NCBI GenBank assembly: GCA_964489585.1
Contig: CAZAZH010000003.1
Span: forward strand, 1-49,022
From: an uncultured Syntrophomonas sp.
GTDB taxonomy: Bacteria > Bacillota > Syntrophomonadia > Syntrophomonadales > Syntrophomonadaceae
Direction: 5' to 3'
DNA: 49,022 bases
The translations under genes and the position numbers were made by a program. Below are positions 26,501 to 34,810 of this stretch, one piece after another. Positions within the stretch are counted from its first letter, which is position 1, and every line of letters starts with the position of its first letter. The notes under the pieces were generated by a model. It was not told the DNA's origin. It searched no databases and worked only from the letters and a program-made list of their open reading frames with translations.

Positions 26501-27574
26501 GTGCATAAAAAATTATTTATTCCCGGACCAGTAGAAGTTAAGCCCGAAGTACTGGAAAAGATGGCTACTCCGATGATTGGGCACCGCAGTAAAGATGCTT
26601 CACAGCTACAGAAACGAATCACCGGTAAATTACAAGAAATGTTATATACCCGGGAGGCTGTACTGTTATCGACCAGTTCCGGCAGTGGTCTCATGGAAGG
26701 AGCCATACGCTCCTGTACTTTAAAAAGAGCTGCTGTATTTGCCGTAGGCGCATTTGGGGTAAGATGGTATGAAATGGCTCAAAGCAATAATGTCCCGGTT
26801 GACCTTTTTGAGGTTGAATGGGGTAATGCGACTACTCCAGAGATGATTGATGAAGTATTATCAACTGGTAAATACGACCTGATAACCATAACCCATAACG
26901 AAACTTCCACCGGCCTGATGAATCCGCTGGAAATTATCGCTGGTGCAGTTAAAAATTATCCGGATATAGTTTTCTGCCTGGATGCAGTAAGTTCCGCCGG
27001 CGGTTCTAAAATTGAGGTGGATGAGATGGGGATAGATATATGTATAACCTCCACCCAGAAGGCCTTGGGTCTTCCACCGGGAATGGCCCTTTGTACTTTC
27101 TCCCAAAAAGCTATAGAAAGGGCCCAGCAGGTTCCCTGTCGGGGCTATTACCTGGACCTCTTATCACTGTATGAGTATATTCAAAAGAAGGATTTCCAGT
27201 ATCCATCTACACCTTCCCTATCCCATATGTTTGCCCTGGATTACCAGTTGGACTGCATATTGGCTGAAGGTCTGGAGCAACGTTTTGCTCGACATATAGA
27301 AATGGCTGAATATACACGGGATTGGGCCCGGAAATATTTTGAGCTCTTTGCTGATGAACGCTACTTGTCCAACACCCTGACTACAATTAAAAATACCCGC
27401 AATATCGATGTAGCAGCTTTAAACAGTGAACTGGGGGTAAGAGGCTACCAGATTTCCAATGGATATGGCAAACTAAAGGATAGAACCTTCCGCATTGCCC
27501 ATATGGCAGATTGTACCCTGGAAGAAGTTAAAGAATTGATAGATAATATTAATGATATTCTTAAACTAAGTTAG
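26501..27574 (+). CDS. Class-V pyridoxal-phosphate aminotransferase (serine-pyruvate/alanine-glyoxylate type)
   Basis: 357 aa with FIPGPV N-terminus, THNETSTG and STQKALG (PLP lysine) motifs. GTG start after GGAGGTAAG. Confidence 0.87.
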   Translation: MHKKLFIPGPVEVKPEVLEKMATPMIGHRSKDASQLQKRITGKLQEMLYTREAVLLSTSSGSGLMEGAIRSCTLKRAAVFAVGAFGVRWYEMAQSNNVPVDLFEVEWGNATTPEMIDEVLSTGKYDLITITHNETSTGLMNPLEIIAGAVKNYPDIVFCLDAVSSAGGSKIEVDEMGIDICITSTQKALGLPPGMALCTFSQKAIERAQQVPCRGYYLDLLSLYEYIQKKDFQYPSTPSLSHMFALDYQLDCILAEGLEQRFARHIEMAEYTRDWARKYFELFADERYLSNTLTTIKNTRNIDVAALNSELGVRGYQISNGYGKLKDRTFRIAHMADCTLEEVKELIDNINDILKLS

Positions 27575-27609
27575 GTTCGTATTGATATTATTTTCAGGAG
27601 GATGTTTTT

Positions 27610-28851
27610 ATGGCTGTTATTCGTCCCTTTAAAGCTATGCGCCCGGTACCGGAGTTGGCCGCTAAAGTAGCCGCCCTTCCCTATGATGTTATGGATAGTG
27701 AAGAAGCCCGGGAAATGGTAAAGGATAATCCTTATTCTTTTCTTCATGTAGATAAGGCTGAGATAGACCTGCAACCAGGCATAGATCTTTATGACCAGCG
27801 GGTATATGATAAGGCCCGCGAAAATCTGAAACAGATGATACAACAAGGCATATTACAGGAAGATTCCCGACCTAATCTTTATATTTACCGGCAGATTATG
27901 CAGGGTCGTATTCAGACCGGTATCGTGGCCTGTGCTAGCATTGATGATTACCTGAATAATATAATCAAAAAGCATGAATTTACCCGCAAGGATAAGGAGC
28001 AGGACCGCACCTGCCACGTGGATCATTGTAATGCCCAAACCGGGCCTATATTTTTAACTTACCGCGCCCAGAGTGAGATTACCCAATTAGTTAACTCCTG
28101 GACAGCGAAGCCTCCTTTATATGACCTTATTTCAGAGGATGGTATAGCCCATATTATATGGTGTATTGACGATGATGCCGTAATAAGCAAGCTGCAATCC
28201 CTATTTGCCGGGGTTGATTATCTTTACATTGCCGATGGGCATCATCGCTGTGCATCGGCTGTAAATGTTGGCCAGATGCGACGGCGGCAAAATCCCGCGT
28301 ATAATGGACATGAAGAATATAATTATTTCCTGGCGGTCATTTTTCCGGATGAGGATTTGCATATCATGGACTATAACCGGGTAGTAAAAGATTTAAATGG
28401 TTTAACATCGCAGGAGTTTCTAGACCAGGTACAGGAGAAATTTGCTGTTAACTTGTATAATGAACCTGAACCATATAAACCTCAGCAAACCCATAGTTTC
28501 GGAATGCACCTGGATGGTAGGTGGTATCACCTGCAGGCTTTACCAGGAAGTTTCGATGAAAATGATCCGGTCACTAGTCTGGATGTTTCTATCCTACAGA
28601 ACAATCTCCTGGATCCTATTCTAGGTATCAAAGATCCCAGGACTGATAAACGTATTGATTTTGTCGGTGGTATCAGGGGATTGAAAGAACTGGAGAGGCG
28701 AGTTCATACCGATATGAAAGTAGCTTTTTCTATGTACCCTACCAGGATACAGGAACTAATGGCTATAGCCGATGTCGGTAAAATTATGCCGCCCAAATCC
28801 ACCTGGTTCGAACCCAAGCTGCGCAGCGGCTTTTTCATCCATCGCTTATAA
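27610..28851 (+). CDS. DUF1015-family protein
   Basis: 413 aa with PF.A.RP N-terminus and the signature IADGHHR motif. Confidence 0.85.
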   Translation: MAVIRPFKAMRPVPELAAKVAALPYDVMDSEEAREMVKDNPYSFLHVDKAEIDLQPGIDLYDQRVYDKARENLKQMIQQGILQEDSRPNLYIYRQIMQGRIQTGIVACASIDDYLNNIIKKHEFTRKDKEQDRTCHVDHCNAQTGPIFLTYRAQSEITQLVNSWTAKPPLYDLISEDGIAHIIWCIDDDAVISKLQSLFAGVDYLYIADGHHRCASAVNVGQMRRRQNPAYNGHEEYNYFLAVIFPDEDLHIMDYNRVVKDLNGLTSQEFLDQVQEKFAVNLYNEPEPYKPQQTHSFGMHLDGRWYHLQALPGSFDENDPVTSLDVSILQNNLLDPILGIKDPRTDKRIDFVGGIRGLKELERRVHTDMKVAFSMYPTRIQELMAIADVGKIMPPKSTWFEPKLRSGFFIHRL

Positions 28852-28855
28852 AGAT

Positions 28856-28889
28856 GACCACGGGGACTGTCCCCGTGGTCCTACTTTTG
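28856..28889 (+). terminator. Terminator after the DUF1015 gene
   Basis: GACCACGGGGAC-T-GTCCCCGTGGTC perfect palindrome followed by CTACTTTT. Confidence 0.7.
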
Positions 28890-28943
28890 AAATAATAAAA
28901 ACACCTCCGACTGCACAAATTAAGGGTAGAAGGAGGGCAGATT

Positions 28944-29474
28944 ATGCAATTAAGTAAGGAACGTATGCGTTTATGGGCTGCAGCGGCAGTATTAATTATT
29001 ATTGCTATTGCACTATTATTAACTCTTACCTTAAAAAAACCTCCCCAGCGCTCGCCCCAACCGGCACCTAAACCGGCAGAAGGCAAATGGTATATTAAGT
29101 TTTCCGTTAAAGACCAGAAATCAACTGCTTATACTGAAGAACCCGGCGCGCCGGTGGCAGCCAATGGAAAAGAATACTTTATTGGTGGTATTGCTGTCCA
29201 TCCTCGCTACCCGGTAAATTCCGGTGGTGACCCACGGGAACCAATACTGCCCTTTGGCACGGTGATTTACCTGGAAAAACCTATTAAAGTTCAGGGTCAG
29301 GAGCTTAAAACCTTCAAGGTAATGGACACCGGGGATGTAAACTATGGTCTGTGGCCAAATTATCCTTACTGGTTTGATGTTTATTACGGTACCGATAATT
29401 TTTATAATAGACGGGATGCCCGCGATTATGGTGTTCCCCTGGTTAATTACTCCTGGTACGAGGAATGGCGCTAA
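28944..29474 (+). CDS. 3D-domain (RlpA/MltA-like double-psi barrel) secreted or anchored protein
   Basis: N-terminal TM anchor, Pro-rich linker and a C-terminal ..GGIAV.P....FGT.I.L......F.V.DTGD....FDVYYG 3D-domain pattern. RBS GAAGGAGGG. Confidence 0.75.
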   Translation: MQLSKERMRLWAAAAVLIIIAIALLLTLTLKKPPQRSPQPAPKPAEGKWYIKFSVKDQKSTAYTEEPGAPVAANGKEYFIGGIAVHPRYPVNSGGDPREPILPFGTVIYLEKPIKVQGQELKTFKVMDTGDVNYGLWPNYPYWFDVYYGTDNFYNRRDARDYGVPLVNYSWYEEWR

Positions 29475-29490
29475 TATGAATTGTGAATTT

Positions 29491-29631
29491 AGAGTTTTGC
29501 ATAATTCAATATTCCTTATATGTCACTCTGAGCGATAGCGAAGAGTCTTAGATCCTTCGGCTTTGCCTCAGGATGACAAACCATAAAATTGTCAGGCAAT
29601 TTATGAGAAACACTAATTATGCAAAATCCTC
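29491..29631 (+). repeat. Family-A element, full-length copy A1 (141 nt)
   Basis: Left TIR GAGTTTTGCATAATT, right TIR AATTATGCAAAATCCTC, core GTCACTCTGAGCGATAGCGAAGAGTCTTAGATCCTTCGGCTTTGCCTCAGGATGAC. Confidence 0.9.
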
Positions 29632-29655
29632 AATTATGAATTATCGTGAAACCTT

Positions 29656-30177
29656 CTACAAGTTTTCCTTAAGATAACGTTCATGCACCTTTAGAGTTTT
29701 CTTATCATAGAAAACGAAACGAATCTTTTTAAGGTATTTTAAATCATCTATACTTTCGGCAATAGTCTTCATAGCTACCTGAGCCGCCTCTTCCAGGGGA
29801 TAGCCAAATATCCCGGTAGAAATAGCGGGAAAGGCTATAGAGTCAATTTCGTAGCGTTCGGTCAGTTTTAAAGCATTGCGATAGCAGTTGGCCAACAATT
29901 CTGCTTCCGGGCGGTTAACCCCATAAACTGGCCCCAGGCAATGGATAACATAACGATTGGGCAGATTATGACCACCGGTGATTACTGCCTGCCCTGGCTC
30001 AATCGGCCCCAGCGGTATGGCCTCCTTTTCCAGCCCCGGACCGGCCGCCCGATGAACAGCTCCAGCCACTCCCCCACCCTTGCGCAATTGAGCATTGGCG
30101 GCATTAACTATAGCGGTAATATCAGGCTGATTAGCTATATCGCCCTGAATCAGCTCTATTTCTACCCTTGATTTCAT
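29656..30177 (-). CDS. Macro-domain protein (O-acetyl-ADP-ribose deacetylase, YmdB-like)
   Basis: 173 aa with IVNAANA..L..GGGVAGA.HRAAG and AFPAISTGIFGYP motifs. Confidence 0.9.
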   Translation of the reverse strand: MKSRVEIELIQGDIANQPDITAIVNAANAQLRKGGGVAGAVHRAAGPGLEKEAIPLGPIEPGQAVITGGHNLPNRYVIHCLGPVYGVNRPEAELLANCYRNALKLTERYEIDSIAFPAISTGIFGYPLEEAAQVAMKTIAESIDDLKYLKKIRFVFYDKKTLKVHERYLKENL

Positions 30178-30756
30178 AAGTAACCTCCAAATAATTTGTT
30201 ATCTTTTAAAATACTTTTTCTAGGAAATATAAATAACTACTTCGTATCCAGCCAATCGTTTTTATCAATAACGCTTCCAGTTCACCTCCTAGTTCCCGAC
30301 CCAAGTTTTTTTAACTATACTGGTAGACTTTTATTGATATTAGGACAGAAACAAATGGACTATAAGATTCACTGCTGTGAAAAACTCTTATAGCCCAAAA
30401 GGGTACTTCCCATACGCTGGTAATACCATTGTCTGCGGGGATTTAAGGATGTATAAGCGTCAGATTTACTTCGTCAAAACCCCTACAATTACCTCCTTTT
30501 ATATTAGCGGTCATACAAAAGGGTGGAAGATTGACTGCGGGTCTGACTATGTTTTTTTGCAATTTGCCACTGGGCCTTTCATATACCAAAAGCAGGTTAT
30601 CCGTACAAGTAACGCGTTCTATTTCGTTTGATATTTATCATCCACTAAATTAACCGCTTTTGGTACAAATCTGAATTATGTTTGTTTACCAGTGACCGAG
30701 TCTGTTGGGGTTATATCCGATCTTCTCCACCATCCGGTCTTTTTGTAATCGAACCT

Positions 30757-31104
30757 TCAACCCTTAGCTTGTCGCTCCTCTAAGTATTTGGCATAATTCA
30801 AAAGTTCTTTTTTGCCTTCGTCCGGCAACGATAAAAACACGTCCGATATCGTAGTAACTTCTTGTACATAGCGGTTGTCGGTGAATCCGATCAGGTAGCT
30901 AAAACCTACATTCAGGGCCTCGGCTATGGCTTTCGCGTGCATTAACTTGGGCAAATGACTGGCTGCCTCGTATTTTGATATAGTAGCCTTTGATACTCCA
31001 GCCATTCTACCTACATCCTCCTGAGACAATCCCCTTTCTTCTCTAATTTCCTTTAACCGATGGGCGAATACTTCAGTAATATGTTGTGCGTCGATTATAA
31101 CCAC
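30757..31104 (-). CDS. XRE-family HTH regulator (CI-like arm of a divergent pair)
   Basis: 115 aa. LKEIREERGLSQEDVGRMAGVSKATISKYE HTH plus a C-terminal helical extension. Confidence 0.85.
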   Translation of the reverse strand: MVIIDAQHITEVFAHRLKEIREERGLSQEDVGRMAGVSKATISKYEAASHLPKLMHAKAIAEALNVGFSYLIGFTDNRYVQEVTTISDVFLSLPDEGKKELLNYAKYLEERQAKG

Positions 31105-31130
31105 CTCTCTTACGTATTCCTATTAATTCA

Positions 31131-31159
31131 TATATAACATAAATTAACTTAGTACGCAA
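31131..31159 (-). promoter_or_regulatory. Promoter for the minus-strand XRE gene
   Basis: On the minus strand: TTGCGT, 17-nt spacer, TATATA with TGT immediately upstream (extended -10). Confidence 0.5.
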
Positions 31160-31170
31160 TAAACAATAGA

Positions 31171-31184
31171 TTTTGTTAACAAAA
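31171..31184. promoter_or_regulatory. Perfect 14-bp palindrome TTTTGTTAACAAAA between divergent promoters (candidate operator)
   Basis: It lies between the two -35 boxes. The GTTAACA core recurs at 31241, 31506 and 31663. Confidence 0.45.
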
Positions 31185-31188
31185 GGTA

Positions 31189-31217
31189 TTGACAAAAACT
31201 AGTGTATCTGGTAATTT
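31189..31217 (+). promoter_or_regulatory. Promoter for the plus-strand XRE gene
   Basis: TTGACA (31189-94), 17-nt spacer, TAATTT preceded by TGG (extended -10 like). Confidence 0.5.
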
Positions 31218-31267
31218 AAATAATATCTTAGTTGCAAAAAGTTAACAACGGTGAGGGGGAGACACCA

Positions 31268-31474
31268 ATGACGTTGTCCATTGGAAATAACATTCGCGTT
31301 GAGAGAGTCAAGTGCGGATTTACTCAGCGAGAAATGGCCCAAAAGTTAGGAATTTCGGTAACTGGATACAACCATAAGGAAAATGGGAAAAGGCAATTTA
31401 ACCTGGTAGAATTCGTTTTAGTATGCAAAATATTGGGCGCGGACCCAGATTTCTTAATCAGAAAATCCTCGTAA
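31268..31474 (+). CDS. XRE-family HTH regulator (Cro-like arm), 68 aa
   Basis: VKCGFTQREMAQKLGISVTGYNHKENG HTH. The ATG at 31268 is 6 nt after GAGGGGGAG; the track's TTG at 31232 is unlikely. Confidence 0.8.
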   Translation: MTLSIGNNIRVERVKCGFTQREMAQKLGISVTGYNHKENGKRQFNLVEFVLVCKILGADPDFLIRKSS

Positions 31475-31539
31475 GGGGATTTTTTATGCCCTTAAGTTTC
31501 GAAAAGTTAACAATATAGCTGATGTTGGGAACTCTATCT

Positions 31540-31668
31540 GTTAAAAAAAGGACAAAAAATCCGGAAGAATCGTATAAATATTCAGAATATTGGGATAAAA
31601 ACCAAATTACTTAATCAGAAAATACTGATGAGGGAATTTTTTACGCCCTCATGTTTCTAAAAGTTAAC
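31540..31668 (+). pseudogene. Decayed tandem copy of the 3' part of the 31268 XRE gene plus its downstream hairpin/operator
   Basis: 31586-31690 aligns with 31429-31530 at about 75% identity. It includes ..AATATTGGG..CTTAATCAGAAAAT.., the hairpin and AAAAGTTAACA. The reading frame is truncated. Confidence 0.5.
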
Positions 31669-31716
31669 AGAGTGAGAGGAATGTTGGGGAAAAGGTTGAT
31701 TGAGAAAGGAGGGGAA

Positions 31717-31818
31717 ATGATGACTGGTTTACTTGCTGCACTTGGCATTACGATTTCACTATTATCGGGGATGTTTAGCACTTTATATGTTTTTAAGGAA
31801 GTTTACTTGGAGACATAG
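31717..31818 (+). CDS. 33-aa hydrophobic peptide (below the track cutoff)
   Basis: AAAGGAGGGG, then 2 nt, then ATGATG. Sequence MMTGLLAALGITISLLSGMFSTLYVFKEVYLET*. Confidence 0.35.
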   Translation: MMTGLLAALGITISLLSGMFSTLYVFKEVYLET

Positions 31819-31858
31819 AAGCAAAGTTAAAAATATAAATGGCGAGGGGGATAAAAAT

Positions 31859-32161
31859 ATGACTGAATTACAAAAGATATTTCTATTGGGTGTTTTCGTT
31901 TATTACTTAGGTAAAGGCGCTTTATATGTTACGTTATATGTTGCGTTGATAATTGTGGAAAAACATGCCCGGATACGCCATAAACAAATACAAATGTATT
32001 TAAGAAAACAAAGAGCTGAAGAACGGGAAAGATGGAAAGTGGCATATAACCTATATGAGAACAAGAAAAAAGAAATTCCAGTATCAAAACCCTTAGAATT
32101 ATCCCAATTAATAAATAATCCACACTCATTTTCAGCATATTCTAATGTTAAATGTTCTTGA
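31859..32161 (+). CDS. 100-aa membrane-anchored protein with a highly charged C-terminal half
   Basis: The ATG at 31859 is 8 nt after GAGGGGG. The N-terminal 42 codons of track ORF 31733..32161 look non-coding. Sequence MTELQKIFLLGVFVYYLGKGALYVTLYVALIIVEKH.. followed by a K/R/E-rich region. Confidence 0.45.
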   Translation: MTELQKIFLLGVFVYYLGKGALYVTLYVALIIVEKHARIRHKQIQMYLRKQRAEERERWKVAYNLYENKKKEIPVSKPLELSQLINNPHSFSAYSNVKCS

Positions 32162-32220
32162 GGATTTAAGAGCCTGTATTTTTTATAGGCAGGAAGGGCA
32201 AAGCAACTACGCTTGAAATT

Positions 32221-32260
32221 AAAAAGGCAGAAAGCTCATGCTTCCCGCCTTTTTTGTTTT
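32221..32260. terminator. Bidirectional terminator between the islet and iorB
   Basis: A5-GGCAGAAAGC-TCAT-GCTTCCCGCC-T6, with 8 of 10 stem positions paired. Confidence 0.65.
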
Positions 32261-32262
32261 TA

Positions 32263-32856
32263 TTAAGCAATATTACTATACAGGTTGTGTCCCTTTTTAA
32301 AGGCCTTAAGATTTATGTCCAGAGCTTTGGGAGGAACCATAGCTTGAATAGCCTTTTCTACTTCTCCTTGCGGAAATCCCATAGCCCCTGCCAGTATTCC
32401 TACCATGACCACATTGGCAGCGCGTACGTTACCGCACTCTATAGCAATGCTGCTGGCGTCAACCACCATAGTTTTATCTACCATTTGTGCTATACGCTGG
32501 TCAATATCCTCCGGATATTTTAGCTTACCACTCATAACTGGAAGCGGGTCCACCCGGTCGTCATTTATGATAATCGCACCTTCCGGTTTAAGATAGTCCA
32601 ACCAGCGTGCTGCTTCCAGTTTTTCAAAGGCCAGTATGATGTCGGCATCGCCTTTGCTGATTATGGGTGAGTAGATTTTTTCCCCGTAGCGCACCTGGGA
32701 AACTACACTACCACCACGCTGAGCCATGCCGTGAATTTCCGATACCTTAACATCATATCCTAAATCTACTGCTACCTGAGCCAGTATACGGCTGGTAAGC
32801 AGGGTACCCTGACCTCCAACTCCTACAATAAGAATGTTCATCGCTTTCCCTGCCAT
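32263..32856 (-). CDS. iorB: Indolepyruvate:ferredoxin oxidoreductase subunit beta
   Basis: 197 aa with NILIVGVGGQGTLL.SRIL and HGMAQRGGSV motifs, directly downstream of iorA. Confidence 0.9.
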   Translation of the reverse strand: MAGKAMNILIVGVGGQGTLLTSRILAQVAVDLGYDVKVSEIHGMAQRGGSVVSQVRYGEKIYSPIISKGDADIILAFEKLEAARWLDYLKPEGAIIINDDRVDPLPVMSGKLKYPEDIDQRIAQMVDKTMVVDASSIAIECGNVRAANVVMVGILAGAMGFPQGEVEKAIQAMVPPKALDINLKAFKKGHNLYSNIA

Positions 32857-32858
32857 AA

Positions 32859-34598
32859 CTAACCCTCCACTATCTTAATCGCATCAAAGGTACAAACCTG
32901 AGCGCATACTTCGCAGCTAACACAGGTAGTAGGATTTATTGCTGCCAGTTTCTCATCTTCTATAAAATAAATCCCGGTGCAGCCGATACGAATACAAAGC
33001 TTGCAACCTGTGCATAAATCATTTTCAATAACCATTTTTTTATTAAGCGGTGGCTTAACCAGCAACGCGCAGGGACGCCGGGCTATTATAACCGAAGGTT
33101 CTCGGCGTTGCAATTCCTCCTCCAGAGCGGAGCGTAATTCATCTAGCTGCAAGGGGTCTACCACCCGAACATTATTTACACCTACTGCCTTGACCAGAGC
33201 TTCCAAATCCAGTTTTGGTGCCGGTTCTTTGTTGATCGTTAACCCGGTAGCAGGGTGGTCCTGGTGACCAGTCATGGCCGTGGTGCTGTTATCCAGTATT
33301 ACTACCGTGGAAGTCCCTTGATTATATACCACATCAATTAACGGGGTTATACCGGAATGGACAAAGGTAGAATCCCCAATTACGGCTACTATTTTACTGG
33401 GGTCAACTCCCTGGGCTTTTTCCATTCCCATAGCCATACCAATACTAGCACCCATACATACACAAGCATCCATACCATCCAGAGGACTCAAGGCCCCCAG
33501 GGTGTAGCAGCCGATATCTCCCATTACCTTCAGGCGCATTCTTTTTAAAGTATGGAAGACACCGCGATGGGGGCAACCCGGACACATCAGGGGCGGGCGC
33601 GGAGGTATTTCTTTATCCAGTCCGTAACCTTGAGCCTGAGCAATTCCTCCCAGGCGCTCTGCAAGGTATTCCGGGCTATACTCACCCAGGAGGGTAAAAT
33701 GCTCTTTACCCTCAACCGCAATTCCCCAGGACTTAACCTGCTCCTCAATTACCGGTTCCAGTTCTTCAACTATTACTACACGCTCAACCCCTTCTGCAAA
33801 TTCACGAATCAGTTTATCAGGCAGAGGGTTTACCATACCGAGCTTTAGTACAGATATATCCGGCATGACCTCTCTGACGTACTGGTAGCAGACGCCACTG
33901 GTAATCACACCCAGACGGCGCTTTCCCCACTCTATGCGATTTATTTCTGTATTATTGGAATACTCCTTTAGCCCCTCCAGTCGTTTTTCTACTTCCACAT
34001 GCCGTCCCCGGGCAAATCCAGGCAGCATTACATACTTGGGGGCATCCTTTTTATATTCCTTTAGCTCAACCTGCTTCGGTTCTCCTTCTTCCACCAGGGT
34101 CTGAGAATGAGCTAGACGCGTGGTTATCCGGAGCATAACCGGAGTATCAAATTCTTCACTGATATCATAAGCCAATCGGGTAAAGTCCAAAGCTTCCTGG
34201 CTGTCTGAGGGTTCTATTACCGGCAGCTTGGCAAACCGTCCATATCCCCGGTTATCCTGCTCATTCTGGGAAGAATGCATCCCCGGGTCATCAGCAGATA
34301 CGATAACCAGGCCGCCATTAACACCGGTGTAAACAAAGGTGTATAACGGGTCGGCAGCTACGTTTACCCCAACATGTTTCATGGCTACCAGGGTTCTGGC
34401 ACCACCTATAGATGCACCTGCACCTACTTCCATGGCTACCTTTTCATTAGGTGCCCATTCGCCATATACACCAGGATACTGGGCTAAAGTGCTAACTATT
34501 TCTGTACTGGGCGTGCCCGGATAGGCGGTAGCCACAGTAACACCAGCTTCATACGCCCCCCTGGCAATAGCGTCATTTCCTATCATCAGTCTCTTCAT
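32859..34598 (-). CDS. iorA: Indolepyruvate:ferredoxin oxidoreductase subunit alpha
   Basis: 579 aa with a TPP-binding region (GDSTF.HSG), CPGCPHRG, and a C-terminal 2x[4Fe-4S] ferredoxin domain (C..C..C...C). Confidence 0.92.
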   Translation of the reverse strand: MKRLMIGNDAIARGAYEAGVTVATAYPGTPSTEIVSTLAQYPGVYGEWAPNEKVAMEVGAGASIGGARTLVAMKHVGVNVAADPLYTFVYTGVNGGLVIVSADDPGMHSSQNEQDNRGYGRFAKLPVIEPSDSQEALDFTRLAYDISEEFDTPVMLRITTRLAHSQTLVEEGEPKQVELKEYKKDAPKYVMLPGFARGRHVEVEKRLEGLKEYSNNTEINRIEWGKRRLGVITSGVCYQYVREVMPDISVLKLGMVNPLPDKLIREFAEGVERVVIVEELEPVIEEQVKSWGIAVEGKEHFTLLGEYSPEYLAERLGGIAQAQGYGLDKEIPPRPPLMCPGCPHRGVFHTLKRMRLKVMGDIGCYTLGALSPLDGMDACVCMGASIGMAMGMEKAQGVDPSKIVAVIGDSTFVHSGITPLIDVVYNQGTSTVVILDNSTTAMTGHQDHPATGLTINKEPAPKLDLEALVKAVGVNNVRVVDPLQLDELRSALEEELQRREPSVIIARRPCALLVKPPLNKKMVIENDLCTGCKLCIRIGCTGIYFIEDEKLAAINPTTCVSCEVCAQVCTFDAIKIVEG

Positions 34599-34635
34599 AA
34601 TTTCTGTTCTCCCCTGCCCCTCATTCTAGTATATA

Positions 34636-34669
34636 CAAAAAGCCCTTCCTCCTCATTGGCACGAAAGGC
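34636..34669 (-). terminator. Terminator-like hairpin inside the iorA leader (possible attenuator)
   Basis: Minus-strand RNA GCCUUUC-13 nt-GAAGGGC followed by U5, lying about 40 nt upstream of the iorA ATG. Confidence 0.4.
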
Positions 34670-34781
34670 CTGGTGTCTACATATTAAGCCCTATATAGCC
34701 AAGTCCATACCATGCAGCAACGTATGAAAATAGCAGATGGGGTTACCTTTTTTCTTAATCTGATAATGTTATTCCACAAAA

Positions 34782-34810
34782 ATAATAGCACAAAAATAAG
34801 GATTATGTAA
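34782..34810 (-). promoter_or_regulatory. Candidate iorAB promoter
   Basis: On the minus strand: TTACAT, 17-nt spacer, TATTAT with TGC immediately upstream (extended -10). It implies a leader of about 175 nt. Confidence 0.45.

Noticed and set aside
29521-29577. Hammerhead-like string CTGAGCG...CGAAG in the family-A core.
   Set aside because: The catalytic core requires CUGANGA ... GAAA. Here position 8 is C rather than G, and the GAAA/stem III geometry is absent, so it is not a hammerhead.
29656-30177. The macro-domain gene as a DarG-type antitoxin or defence component.
   Set aside because: It is a 173-aa single-domain YmdB-like protein with no DarT-like partner and no C-terminal DarG extension. 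The adjacent islet is transcribed separately.
30377-30631. An 84-aa plus-strand ORF in the islet spacer.
   Set aside because: It has a GTG start without an RBS or promoter, and it runs antisense to orphan SD sequences. I treat it as non-coding pending a homology search.
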